DNA of 64,000 bases from Strigamia acuminata (lineage: Eukaryota): NCBI GenBank assembly GCA_949358305.1, contig OX442314.1, positions 11,780,001 through 11,844,000 on the forward strand. Reading direction: 5' to 3'. Every line of letters begins with the position of its first letter. Position 1 is the first letter of the stretch. The position numbers and the translations under genes were made by a program. Under the pieces are notes generated by a model. It was not told where the DNA came from and ran no database searches. It saw nothing but the letters and a program-made list of their open reading frames with translations. This document shows positions 1 to 13,377 of this stretch, piece after piece.

Positions 1-789
1 ACACTCCTTGGCGTCAGTCCAAAGTGATTATCAAAGTACCCAATTTTTGGCCCAAAAGAGATTATTTCAAAAAGTTTTTAGTGGATTAGCCCTGTGGAAA
101 ATTATATGAAATGATTTGTCTTCAATGCAGTTGAATGTTGCTAAATTATTAGCTGCTTTTAAGTTTATGCGTAGCTAAACACAGGGCACAAGTAGATGGC
201 GCAGTGCCCCCTAATCTCTTTAGCACAAAATGAACTATGGTTAAAAACGAGCCTGATTATAGTATTTTTCACTAGCAGTCACCCGTGCAAGCAGAGCATT
301 TTGATTAAAAGTTGCTAAGAAATTGTAATAAACTACGTATACAACAAAAAAATAACAACAACCAACAGATAAATTCCGTGGAATCCCGCACCGCACACAT
401 GGTTAAACATATGTCTCCCTAAGCCTATTTGAGCAAAATTTTAATTGAATTTAATCTAATGTAATCGCTGAATATACTCAATTCAATTAAATAAAAAAAA
501 ATCGATGACTTTTTTTTTTTTTAACAAATTCATCGGTTTTTCTGTTTAATTCAAACATTCTAGCACAATGAACTTTAATTCAATTCAGCTGGTGATATGC
601 TCAGTTCAATTGATTGCATGTAAGCTCGAACCTGTGCTCATAGTAGATCCACTTTCAATAAGCACATCGTCGAGAAGCCATGCCAAACTGTATACGTGAC
701 AAGAATACCTAATGACGGCACGTCACATGCAAATATTTCCTGATTTTTAAGCAAAGTCCGGCCCTGATATCACCTCGTCAATTCCTTAC

Positions 790-3700
790 CTGTCTGGAGA
801 AAATGGCGCAAATGCCAATAACAAATAAAATATTAAAAACGGCAGATCCGATAATAGTACCCGTTCCAACATCTGCTTTTGCAACAAAAACCCCTAGTTT
901 ATACAGACGAAAAAATAAAAAGAATAAATTATTTCGAAGCCAGAAATGTAACACTTTTAAAAAATTACCCAAAATCGATGCAAATAACTCAGGCGCTGAA
1001 CTTCCCGCCGCCATAAACGTGGCTCCGGCGACATCTTCACTCAAACCCATTTTCTAACATTAAAATTTCAAAATAATATAACTCAGAAACGTAGACAAAA
1101 AAAAAAAAAACACATTTTTTGCCGACATGAAAAATTCAGTCATACACTCCAACCAAATATTCATTTTTAACAGTAACGGCGTTGAAAGCGAATGTCAAAA
1201 TAGGCCTACCTCGCATATTCGTTCTAGAGACGTCACGAAATATCCATCGCAAACCACCGCCAATGCGTAAAACATGTAAACGCATACTAACACATGGATA
1301 ATAACAGCGCCTCGTTGTCGTTGAACATTCGTAAATAAATCGTGTGGAAATTCGTGGTATGCTTGAGAAAAAAAAAATTTTAAAAAAATAAATAAATAAA
1401 TAAAACAAAAACATTTTTCAGCTTTAATGTGTTCATTAGGCTGTCATCATTACATAATAATTACTAGATGAAGTGATAAAATATGATGGGTGCTTAAAGT
1501 CTTTTCACAACAAACATAATGGGAACATGAAATGAGAATTTCAATCAAAGTAATGTTGGTATGAAACACAGAATTGTGCGAGGCCCCCGCTAAAAAAAGA
1601 AGAAAAAAAAGGCTAAGAGCACTTGATTCGCGTACTGGTGCCTCGAATAAACTGAATTGCAACCGCACTGTGAGTTTATCTGTAAAGCAGCTGCCTGCGA
1701 TCGATGGGACAGGCTTTGCCCACGATTTGTTTAACATGTACTTCTATATTTGTTGGTATATAACTTCTGTTACAGCGTAGTTACTGTAGAACTAGAATTC
1801 ACCCATGAATATTCAATGACAGTTATTAAAAATTTGTCATAAATTATGTACACTGTACAATAAAAATAAGAAAATCATCCAACAAATCATCCCGTAGAAA
1901 TAAATTGCGTGGATATTAGGGAATGAAAAATATTACTCGCAATGTTTCGTCAAGACAAAACGTTTTTGTTCGTTGAGTTATCTTTTTGAATATGTTTATG
2001 GCGTGCGCCCAAAATTGCGATTTTAAAGACGTAATATAAAAAATAAAAAATAAAAAGAGAGTATATTGGTGCAAAAAGTTACAATAAAGCTCAACTGATC
2101 TATATCATCCACCGATCTTTGGCGCGGAGCCAAAACGAGGCGCACGTCGGATGAACAAAAAGACATTCTCCGCAGCATCCCGTTATACCATTATCATAAA
2201 ACCTTCACCTTTACCGAATTCAATGTATTCATCAAGCGCCATTAACTCCATCTCCGAGTCCATAAAAAAATAATATAATAAAACAAAACTTTGGCAATTA
2301 AAATGTTACAAAACTCATCTACAACTCCATCCAATGTTTGCACAAATCCGCACATGGCACCTCGCATTCAAAGCTTCTGTGGGGACACATAAAATAGCCA
2401 TAAACCATCATCTAAAACTGCAGAAAAGAAAAACATAGATCGGGGTCGAACTTATAATAATGCTTGCAGGTGAAGCCACCACCACCAAAAAACGGAAGTA
2501 CAAGCAGAATTATAGGCCAAAATTCGTCAATTGGGTGAAAATAAAGAAATCTTAATTGCCATTTACTTATAAAATCCAAAAACTAAACTGTATAATCAGA
2601 CACGAAAACAAAGTAATTAGCGCATTCAAAGTTTCTGTTTTTACCGTTTATTGAGTTTCTGTAAACAGCACGAACACCAAAAACCGCAAAAAATCAAAAA
2701 ACCACATTAGAGTTGTTTTTGAAGGCGAGTTTTGATTTTTACAAACAAATTCAAAATGGCTGCCACGAAAGTTAGATTAAGACGTCAAACTTTCCGATCG
2801 TCATACCGCTTTCTGGCGATGCATCCACGTCCTAAAACGTGAGAAAAGGCGTAATTGTGCTCAAACAAGTGAATCACAATTCGTTAGTTGATTGAAACAA
2901 TGGAATTTTTAATCGTCATTTACTTGCAAGACCGAACAAGAGACTAAAACTGTTTTTGCTGTTTACACAAGAAACTTTTCGTCTTGTTTTCGTCGTTTTT
3001 AGAAACACGGAAAACCATATTACAAACAAATACTTTGACTGCACACGGACAAGCGGAAGTCGTAAAGCATGAAAACCCATCCAAAATAATCTATTGTAAT
3101 AAATCTTGCTTAGTCTGCAAAATGATGCGTACCTGCAGGAATGCACGTTGCATTATTTTCACTCCAATGCTGATGTATCTTCCTGCGGTGCATTACGTAG
3201 TCCTTTTCAGCCTCGCTTTCTTCCGATTCCACAGTGACAACGACGGTAATGGGGGAGGTAACCTCGTTTTCATCGTTCTCAACCGTTGTCGTTTCTTCTT
3301 CATTCAATCTGGTTTCATTATTCCCCGAAACGTCATTTTCGGCCGTTTCCTCCTCCTGTTCCGCGTTCAAAATATGCCTCGATTTGAACCAAACCAGCCT
3401 CGAATTCCAATCTTCGTGTTGTTCTACCGTCAAATCAGATGTCGAGCGATCTTTAACGAGATAAAAATAGAAATAAACGACGAAAACACAATGCGACCTT
3501 GGCGCCGTTATTAAGTTAGTCAATGTTGCATGGGGTTTACGTTCTATCACGATATGATGAAATTAGCTCGATGCGATCGATCATCGCCCATTAAAATTCA
3601 TTGCTAAACTTATTTCGATTAATCGACTCGGGTGTGTTTGTTAACTTGAAAGCAAGCGGTTTTCCTTTCTTTTATTTTTCTTCTTTTTTTTCCTTTCCTT

Positions 3701-4102
3701 GACCCGAGCAACGTTTTCTTCTCCCAGTTGGCAGTTGCCTTATTTTTACTGCAATCGCGTGCCATTTATTGCTGTACCAATATTTTTTATAATATTGATA
3801 TTACACTAATTGGTTGAACGATTAGCTTCCTGCAATTCTCCATTTTTCGCCAACTAAGTGCAAGTCATTTGATTGACAGTACAATAAAACGAAATGAAAA
3901 TAAAAATAAAAATGCGTCGAGGATCATCACAAACTCGTCCTTGAAACCTCCTTATTGAACCATTGCTATAGTAACCTAATCCCGGAACGATAAATGGCCG
4001 AAGAACCATCAATCCGGCGTAACATGAGGAAAAGAATAAAAAGAAAATAAAAACAATAACAACAAAAAAATACAATTCTTTTGTCCCATTGTTTTCCGCC
4101 AT
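790..4102 (-). CDS. K+-dependent Na+/Ca2+ exchanger (SLC24/NCKX family), 5' part; continues leftwards, probably beyond the window
   Basis: Exons 4102-3976, 3450-3133, 1361-1210, 1053-969 and 893-790 splice in frame (GT-AG). They give a hydrophobic N-terminus followed by [11 protein letters not shown]...[66 protein letters not shown], the NCKX alpha-1 repeat. The first exon is less certain. Confidence 0.9.
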
Positions 4103-4844
4103 AATCCGGTGCGGAATATTTTCCAAAACCGCCACTAGGCGTGACGCTTAAAAATGACATTGAATTAAAAAAAAATTCAAAGGAAAATGTCGAAGCAAAC
4201 GCTAATTTACGTCTCTTTGGAACAGACAACGGCGATAGAGTAGCAGATTAAATCCTTGATTCACAAAATAGCATCCATATTGCTCGGCACGATCAATACG
4301 GAATTAGACAAACCAAAATTCGACTTAAATTGGCCAAGTTGTGTCAAATCCGCTAAACGACTTCAAATTATTTCCATTTTTATTTAAAAAAATTTAAATT
4401 TTAAAAATAAAATTAAAAATCGTGTACTAAATTAATTTTTAAGAAAGCGAGTGGATTTGCACAGCACTTACCTCTTTTACCACGTAGTAAATAAACATTA
4501 AGAAGGCAAAACATCAATCCAATATAAACGCACCGGGCGAGCGCCCTGCGTCCGAACCCCAGTGCCATGATCCATGGAACTCTTAACTGGTTCACAACAC
4601 GATTTAATCGAGCCTCTGCGGGCGGTGCCTTTTCTCTCACCGTGCGCCGGCCAATCGCAGCCAGACAATGACACACGGTGGCGCCACTCACAGTTTGAGC
4701 AACCATTCGAGCAAAGGCCCACGCTTTGGGTAAACAAAACTCTGCATTTCCGCAATAAATAATTTAAAATGGTAGAAAACGACAATTTTAATTGAATAAT
4801 TAATAAACAAACGAAATAATGGATTTTAAAACACTGAATTTGTG

Positions 4845-5435
4845 TTACCAGTCCTCGACGTCTGAGGGCATTGCTTTAATTAGTCCTTGTACTTTTCCTA
4901 GTACGATTGTATTGGCACTTGTGCAGTTTGTGTGGAAGTAAGGCGAGGATAGCGTGAGTGCGTCCATTATGCTTAATTCGCCGTTGGTTTTCTCCTCGAA
5001 GGGAATTCGGTTTTTGCCGAACCAGCTTTTGATTTTTTCTTTTCTCGCGAGTAGTTGGTCTTTTGTGTGGACTAATTCTTCTTGGTTGCCACAAAGTTTG
5101 TCCAGTTCGCTTCTGTATTCGTCCGTGTTGTCGTTTATTATCGTGATGTTCTTCACGGAGTGCCCCAAGATGATCGTGAAGTCTTTTGGTGTTTTGGAGA
5201 CAAAATTGACGAGAATAACACTGAAATTAATAGAAACAAATCAACAAAAACTTGTTTTTTTTATTAATAAATGGCGTTTATTTTACCTTCCTGAGACGGG
5301 ATCTATCGTATAAACCCAGCCCCGTTCCCGCTTTTCATTGTGGACATCGACAGCCACTTCTTTGTATAGAAATTTGCGCAATTCGGTCGGATTGTTTTGA
5401 AAAACATTGTGAGAAAGCGGACACGTAGTCGCCAT
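4845..5435 (-). CDS. GEMIN6: Gem-associated protein 6 (SMN complex)
   Basis: Two exons (5435-5287, 5220-4845). Sm-like N-terminus LYKEVAVDVHNEKRERGWVYTIDPVSGSVILV and C-terminal KIKSWFGKNRIP...SSPYFHTNCTSANTIVLGKVQGLI match the Gemin6 pattern. Confidence 0.85.
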
Positions 5436-5803
5436 GCTTTACAAAACCACGAGGGTCGCAACCCACAATACATTGCAAACGGAACCAACCAATCATGGTT
5501 AAGAATCTCGATCGGATCTAGTCCCTCCTTCTTTGCCCGTTCATAATCATAAAACGTCATAAATTATCGTATCGTAATACTATAGTTGTTAAATTTATGA
5601 CGAAGTCTTCTAATTTTACGAGCAAAGAATTTTAGATTGAACTCTTTGTCGGTTGTTGGTGTTTTTGACACCGCCCTTGTTGAATTACCTCACCTCATTT
5701 GCATGATTTTAAGTCGGGAGACATTGTTAATCATCGCCTGTCAGAATCTCAAAATATTTTTACTGCCAATGTTCGCTTCAGCGTGATTCTGCACAGCTAT
5801 AAC

Positions 5804-6367
5804 ATGAAGCCATCACTAACTTCATTCACATTTGTTTTGATCGCAGTTTGTGTCGCTGCATTCGGTGGTCGCAAACCATTGAAAGGCGACGAATTGTCAA
5901 GCATCGAAGTGATGTCCAGTGCGAAATTCGCGTCGAACGAAATCAGAAATCAGAAATTACGCAACGGAGAGTTAAACGAATGCGAACAATTGAGTTACAA
6001 CGTCTTACGCGGCTACACACAGGTAGCACCGGTGTATTGATGACTTAAATCAATCAAATAAACGTAAATTGGATTTAATTATTAATTTTTTTAAATTTTC
6101 TTTTTTTAGGTTGTGTCCGGTGCGAAGTACATGTTGGAATTGAAGGTGTTTCCAGTCCCGAATAATGACGAAATCTGCACGAATAAAATTAATAAATCAG
6201 TTACAGAGTTTAAGGTAAAATTTGTTGTTAATTTTTGCTTGGTTTTTATCGCTTTTGGTATTTTTTTTTAGCCCGAGATTTGCGAGGTTGAAGTTTGGTC
6301 TCGACCGTGGAAGATTCCGCACGCATTGGAACTCATCCGGTCCACGTGTTTGAAGATCGAAGATTAA
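5804..6367 (+). CDS. Secreted cystatin (cysteine protease inhibitor)
   Basis: Three exons. Signal peptide, N-terminal GG, QVVSG (QxVxG) formed across intron 1, and SRPW (PW motif) in exon 3. Confidence 0.9.
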
Positions 6368-6767
6368 TTTTAATCAATACTCATGAATGATCCAGTCACC
6401 TGAATTAGAGTCACATTTATGTCTTTATATTTATCGTTTTTACACGTTTAATAAAACAACTTTTTGTTATTTTTTATTTTTATTTTTGAATAATTGTTTC
6501 TCGAATTAAATTTGGAGACTTTATTTTGAAGTCTGGTATTTATTATGTTTTTTTTTTAAATTTCTTTTGTAACATCGTATCATTAAAGCTGAATTTGTTG
6601 TAAACAATGTTGTTTTATCATGTGTTGAATCGTTTTTTGGGGATAAAAATTGAAATTCGATCGTTTTGGGTAGATAAAGACAGTTGACACGAATTACTGG
6701 ACTTTATTCCGGTCAATTGGTTGTTAAAAATTAATTTAATTTTGTTTTAATAACATTACAAAATGTT

Positions 6768-7124
6768 TTAATTTCGTTTCCGTTTTTTGGGTACTGTCGT
6801 TGGTGATGGCGAGTGAATTTCATTTTCACTCTCGTCATCGTCTTCGATATTCGATTCATCCTCGTCATCTTTCCCTATTTTAAAACAGTTTAAGTTAGGA
6901 ATTTTTTTTTAATTTTCGAGACAATTCGTATTACCTGATAGTAAACCGGAAGTCGATTTTTCAGTATCGATTATTTCGGTCAACAATTTATTACTGTCAA
7001 GTTGCATCTTTTCGGTTGCTTTGCGCAAGTCCGTAAATGTAAATTTATCATTTAGATTAACTGATAAATTAACTGTTTCACTCGTCTTATTGTTCGTTAT
7101 CAGAACGTTGACACAATTCATCAT
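6768..7124 (-). CDS. Small (~98 aa) acidic protein, candidate KEOPS subunit GON7 (C14orf142-like)
   Basis: Exons 7124-6935 and 6874-6768 in frame: MMNCVNVLITNNKTSETVNLSVNLNDKFTFTDLRKATEKMQLDSNKLLTEIIDTEKSTSGLLSGKDDEDESNIEDDDESENEIHSPSPTTVPKKRKRN. The GON7 identity rests on architecture only. Confidence 0.6.
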
Positions 7125-7825
7125 CTTTGATACCTATGTAAAATGTAAAATCACGAAGTATCTGAAATTGTATAGCGACTAACGACACCTGTTGTTGGAA
7201 ATTGTGACTTCAAGCGACGTAATAAAAGGCCTAATCTACGCTTTAAAAAAATAAACAAAGTAAGTTTTTCAATTTGTTTAATTTAGCATTAAATATTTTC
7301 AGATTTACATAAATTTTAAAATTTAATTTAGAGAGTTAATGAAAAATAACTGCGAGTATTTTTTAGTACAACGATTATGAAAGATGTATTTCCGATGGTT
7401 CTGAGCAAATATATACAAATAGACATAAAATTACACAAAATTCCAAAAATCATTTAGCTAAAATAAATATTCATAAATAAATACGTGACAAATATAAAAC
7501 CATACAACCAGGAACAATTCAATCAAACATCTCCGTTTGTGCCAGCAAAATTTATTTAACTTTAGAAAGATTCAATATTATTTTAAACCTCTACATTCAT
7601 ACAGTCAACGATACAGTCTAGCCTGTATTTAAAAACAAGCAAATGTAATTCAAATTGTAAATATATCAGAAAGGCAATCATCACTCAATCAATACATCAC
7701 GAAAGAATTACACGGTACAATCTAACCGCTATGAATCTACAATGTTGTTCCTGACAACAATAATTTAATTTTTTATAGTGTATCGAACACTAGAATAAAA
7801 CACTAACGGAACATTAATTCCCAAG

Positions 7826-10800
7826 TTAGGAATTAATACTGAGCGGAATATGCTCTTCATTATCCTCATTTCTCTTGGTTGGAAACACAAGTTGTATTTT
7901 ATCAAAACATTCTTCAGGTAACGATGCAACTTGATGCCAAAGATAAAGGCAAACAACTAGGGTCCATGTTTTCAGTGGTCCTAAAACGAACGCTAAGGTA
8001 CCGTACGCCAGGAGAAACGAATAGGCAATCCACAAATTCCATGTCAGCAATATAAGAAAAGGAATTTGCTGACATAAATAACTCCCAAATGACACTTTTA
8101 ATCGACAATACATTTGCTTGTAACGACAATCCACACTATGAGCAAGGAAAAGTGTCAACGGTATGTGGAATGTCAATATCTAAAATATTAAATCAATTAT
8201 TTCAATTATTTTAAATACTTTAAATTGGCTCGTTAACTCACGTGCACAACACCGAACGCAAAGGTGATTCCGCCGGGCAGAAAGGATTTACCTAGAAACA
8301 TGCCCCACGCAAAGCACCAACCAATATGGTCTTCGATAATTTCGCCCACAAACCACGGACCTAAAATAAACAACTCATTTAAGTATTTACTCCAAAGCTA
8401 TCGCAAATCGATAGTTTTTGTAAACATTTTGTGATAAAAATTACATTTTTTGTAAACCCACCGGGCGTTTATTCAATTTATTTAATTTATTATACTTACC
8501 GATTGGTACGTAAAGAATGCAGAACATTAAAGGATAAAATAAACGATCGATGGCGACTAATAGCCACAGTTTCCGCACCAAAGCTTGAAAACAGCGACAT
8601 TGGAATCTCGGTTTTTGTATTTTCTTTTCTGAATATTCAAATACAAATGTTTTAACTTTGAATATTATTATTTTTTTTCCATTCCAATAAAATTCACCTA
8701 AGACAAGCTTGTGCAGAATCCTCAGCGCACACAGCGGGACGACCGCAATCACCATAAAAAGACCAAAGGTTACCTGAAACTGATCATAAAAACATATTTT
8801 ATCTGTTATTTATTTAAAGCGTTTTTTACTACACGTACCACTTTAATCATGCTGGTCATTAAAACCAAACGCGAAAGAATCTTAAAACTCAGTTGTGACC
8901 CATCCAACGTAAATGGCTGATTGATCTCCTGAACACGGTTATCGGCATCCTGATACAAATTTGATAAAATTAAACTGTGTCATTTAATAAATTGCATTAA
9001 TTTACCTTTGCTTGCACATAAATAGTGTGAACTCCTGATGCGTACATGGAAGGGACCCACGAAATGATATAAAGTGGGCCTCGAGACTGGAATGCCGCCT
9101 GCCATTTTCCATCATCGATTTTAACTTTCACCTCTTCAATAGGCGACGTAGAAAACACCAAAATTCGAATGTGAGTGGACTGTAAAATTCGTTGTAAAGG
9201 TTCGACGGTTGGAATGGAATACAAAGCATGTTTCGGGTTGGTTATCACAACAACCGGCCATTGGTCGTGAGGTAGATCAACAAATGTAAAAAGTCCGTGA
9301 TCAACAACGGCGATTCGAAACCTATTAATTTAAAAAATATTGATTTAATTTTTTTAAATACGTATATAACGTTTTAATGTACATTCTGCTGTCTTTCCAA
9401 TCTGCAAGTTCCAATTCCAAACTGCCTGAATGATGTATTGTATACATTTTCTTCACTAATCCTCCGAGCGTATGAAAATGTCCACAAAAGTAAGCGTAAC
9501 TGCCTCTGCGTTGATAGATTAAATTAGATTAGATTAAACTAAACTGAATTAAAGGACAAAAAACATTTTATACTTCATTAAATTACGAATTCCAGGACTA
9601 GGTGAAAGAATCGACGACGTCGGGTAGTGTCCAAACCAAAACGTCGCATTGCTGTTCCGACTTTTGGCTTTAAATTCTTTAAGCCGTTGGATTTCTTCCT
9701 ATTTTGATTAGGTACATTTATTTTTATTTATCTCTCTTACTGCGCTCAAATTTCGTACCTCGTTTATCAAACCAATAAAATTAAAAGGTCTTCTTGGACC
9801 CGGTTCCAAGCAAGCGTCGACACCAATAAAACTGTATGTATCATTGTCACTTTGATAGTTATACATGTAGGAACGGGCATGGAGTTTGCCCTGAATAGAA
9901 TAATGTCTAGAAAAAATAAATATACATATAAAAATATTATAAATCCTCTAATAGAACACCAATCAACGTCGTAACCTTTACAACATGGGTCTAAATTAAA
10001 CAAAACCACAAAATTCAATATCTAAATTGAACACAACCACAAAATTCAATATCTAAATTGAACAAAACCTCTAAATTCAATCTATAAATTCAACAAAACA
10101 ACTAAAATAAATGTCTAAATTCAACAAAACGACTAAAATAAATATCTAAATCAATTAAAAACTAAAAAAAAATTTGCGGGGGAAATCTATGGTATGTTCT
10201 GATCAATAGAACACCCGCATTCTGTTAGAGTATTTATTGTAAACAACTATTACGAAATATCGTCAAACCTGTAATAGTTCTCGGAACTCTTTATTGAAGG
10301 TACGTTAAAATTATCTACAAAAGTTAAAAAAAATATATGAATATATATTTCTATACATTTTAATTCAAAATGCAAAAAATACATTACCATGGTTTCCTCT
10401 AATATCTAGCCAAATCGTTTCCTTTTGTACTTCCGTTTCAATTAATAATTGATTATACGTTTTCCATTCTTCAATGTATTGCTGGGAACCATGTAAATCT
10501 CCTGTTTTGGCATCAGTTAAATCACCTACATATTCAAAATTCGTATATTTCACACTTTCTATTTAATCTCTAAATAAACACTCGACCTGTTGCTAGGACA
10601 AGAGATGGTTTAATAGTTTTAACAACACGGTTACAGAATTCTCGCAACTGTTGAACTCGTTTCGAATCTGCAAATTTACTTAGGTGAAGATCGGAAATCT
10701 GTCAAACCAAAAAAAAAGAATGAATTTACATTCAAAAAGGTGAATAAAGGCAAATTTACTTGAAGAAACCAAATTGTGTGCTGTAGTGTATCATCGGGAT

Positions 10801-10954
10801 ACGGCGGACCGGACAAAAGACCGCCGCCGCCTTCTTCGTTTTCGCTCGTTAGTGAGTCGTATTTAACGGTAATTAAATCGGCGATACGCGAAACGTAAGC
10901 CGATAGAAATGTAAATAGCACTATAATCACTATACTGCACTTCGTTAGTTTCAT
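7826..10954 (-). CDS. TMEM62: Transmembrane protein 62 (metallophosphoesterase domain plus C-terminal TM region)
   Basis: Multi-exon. WFLQ-ISDLHLS, GDLTDAK, WLDIRGNHD, GHYPTS, GHFHTLGG, ELELADWK, ITNPKHALY...STHIRILVFS and a hydrophobic C-terminus AYGTLAFVLGP. Confidence 0.9.
9991..10152. repeat. Intronic 31-bp minisatellite, ~5 copies
   Basis: ctaaatt-type unit starts at 9991, 10022, 10053, 10084, 10115 and 10146. Confidence 0.85.
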
Positions 10955-11518
10955 GTTGACTTAGATTGTACATCCCATTGCCAAATTCGAAATTCATAAT
11001 ACATAATAGCATAGACCTACACACTGTCAGCTGAGAGAGCAGTAATGTTGCAATCCGGGTTAAAGGTTATTTTTTTAGCCATTTCGGTTCGACTAGATGT
11101 GAGTTTCGAGTTAATTTTGAGTTATTTCATGTGAGCATTGTATTTTTCGTTCGTTTGGATCAAAATTCGCGATATTTATCACACATTTTTACAACGATTC
11201 ATTTCCTTTCCAGCGCCGTGTCTTGTTTTATTAACACCACGTATTCCCCTGGAATGTGTAATGGATATTTTGAAAAAATAAAATTTCGACTTAATCAAAT
11301 CTAATTAGTTTACTTAATTTATTTCACTCAAGAAATTTATGTGTTGATTTTATATCGGTTATAATTTTTGTTATTAAATAAAGTTTTATCGCCTAGAAAC
11401 CATTTGTTATTTTCATCGGATAGTTCCTCCAATCTGATGAAGGCTTTAAAAACAGTTAGAGTAAACCTTACTCTTCTGCTTTGCGATCGGGATTGTAATA
11501 TTATTCACTATAATAATT

Positions 11519-12750
11519 ATGCCTAGTAAAAAGAAAAAATATAATGCTAGGTTTCCCCCGGTAAGTACCCAAAAATATCAATCATCAACAAAACAAGAAA
11601 TAGGACTACGCCACTTCCTGATTCTTATACCTTGACCCGAAATCAAAATGTGTTTTAGCGCAACGATTTTCGTGTGTGATGATCGAATTTTCAAGTTCTT
11701 TTACACTATTTTCGTGTATTAATAATCCTAACATTTTTATTCGTGCAGGCAAGAATCAAGAAAATCATGCAAACAGATGACGAAGTAGGAAAAGTTGCCG
11801 CGCCTGTCCCAGTTATCATTTATATCCTTTAAAAAATGAACTAAATCGTTGAACACATTCGTATTTCCTTAATACAGTTCCACCACGTGCATTGGAGTTA
11901 TTTGTCGAATCGTTAATAAGCAAAGCGAACGAATACACGCAAATGCGGAATGCCAAAACATTGTCAACATCGCACCTGTTAAGTTATTTCTATATTTTGT
12001 TTGAGTTTTAAAGATTATTTGAATGTTGTTTTATTTATTTTTTCAGGAAACAATGTATTTTAGCGGAAAATAAATTCGATTTTCTCAAGGATCTGGTCGT
12101 GTCGATACCAGACATACAAATTGAAGATGACACGAGTAATTCTTCAATAACTTCACCAACTGGCACCGTGACACCTTTAAGTGGCGATTTAATTAAAGGG
12201 AATCAAACAAAAACGAAAAAACAAACGTATAGAACAAAACAATCGTCATAGTTTATTTTTTTTTTAATTTTAATTTTTTAATTTATATATTTTTTAATTT
12301 TTTAACAAAAAAGAAGACGAAAACGGACCAAACAAAAAGACATTAACGACGATCCAGGTCCAAGTTGTTCGGGTGCTGAAGAAACCGGAAGTAGTGAAGA
12401 AGAGGAAGAAGAGACAACAAATGTATTTGTTTTAATAATTGTTTAAAATAATGAATTATTTAATTTTGATGACCATTTTTCTTTTTTTTTTTTTAGTTAG
12501 CACAAATTGCAGATAACGTGTCTGTAGAGTTGCCAATACCAGTGGCATCCGTAAGGTCAACAAACAAGTAAGAAATATTAATAAGATATTGGCCGCCATG
12601 TTTTGATGTAGCGTGGCGGCGCATTTGTAAACTATCAATTAATTTTGGATTGAATTTTTAAAAAGCACTGTGGGATTATTCCAAGCAAACATCTCCAGCT
12701 TACCTACTGTTACATTAGACGAAGACGACGACGAAGATTACGATTCCTGA
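11519..12750 (+). CDS. DRAP1: Dr1-associated corepressor (NC2 alpha)
   Basis: [50 protein letters not shown] histone fold, ending [10 protein letters not shown]. Boundaries of the C-terminal exons are approximate. Confidence 0.95.
11822..11883 (+). other. U12-type (minor spliceosome) AT-AC intron in DRAP1
   Basis: 5' ATATCCTTT, branch site TTCCTTAAT at 11865-11873, 3' end CAC. Removal restores VII-S-RALE. Confidence 0.95.
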
Positions 12751-13377
12751 GGTTTCGACAAAAAAATATTTCAACTTAGAATATTCGGCAATTATTCTTA
12801 GCACTTTAATCGAACTCGCGGTGAAATTTCACCGCGTGACGAAACAAATCATCTTTTTCAAGAAAACATTTGTGTAAAATTGCATGTTTTTAATTTTTGT
12901 CTTAAAACTTGGGGAAAAAAAGCTTGAAATCATTTTGCAAAAATGATCTAAACAAATGTTAAGTTATCCATTATATGTCTGAGCCTAACTGAGTGTAAGG
13001 ATATGGAACAATCAAAGTTAGGCTTAAAAATTGTAATTGAAATGAACAAATGTGTATATTTGTGATTATGTTGCGTGCCAGCAATAACATCCAACCATTA
13101 AGTGCCCTCTGACGTCCTACTTGTTTCCTGATCGCGCTCCAGTTAGCAAATTGTCTATAATTATGCTGCGGCTCAGTATAAAGCATTAATCTGTATATTC
13201 CCGTACTTTATGTAGAGAAAAAGTGAATTAAAATACGAACTTTTAATAAAATTCGACGTAGATTATTTTTCTAAGTCGCCATTTTGAATGAATGTATTGT
13301 GAATGAATTTCTTTTGTTATTTCTATATTAATTTACACGATTAAATATCATTAAAACTTTTTATTCAGATCCCGTTG

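Noticed and set aside
2984..3514. 176-aa plus-strand ORF and similar long antisense ORFs
   Set aside because: Shadows of real exons on the opposite strand.
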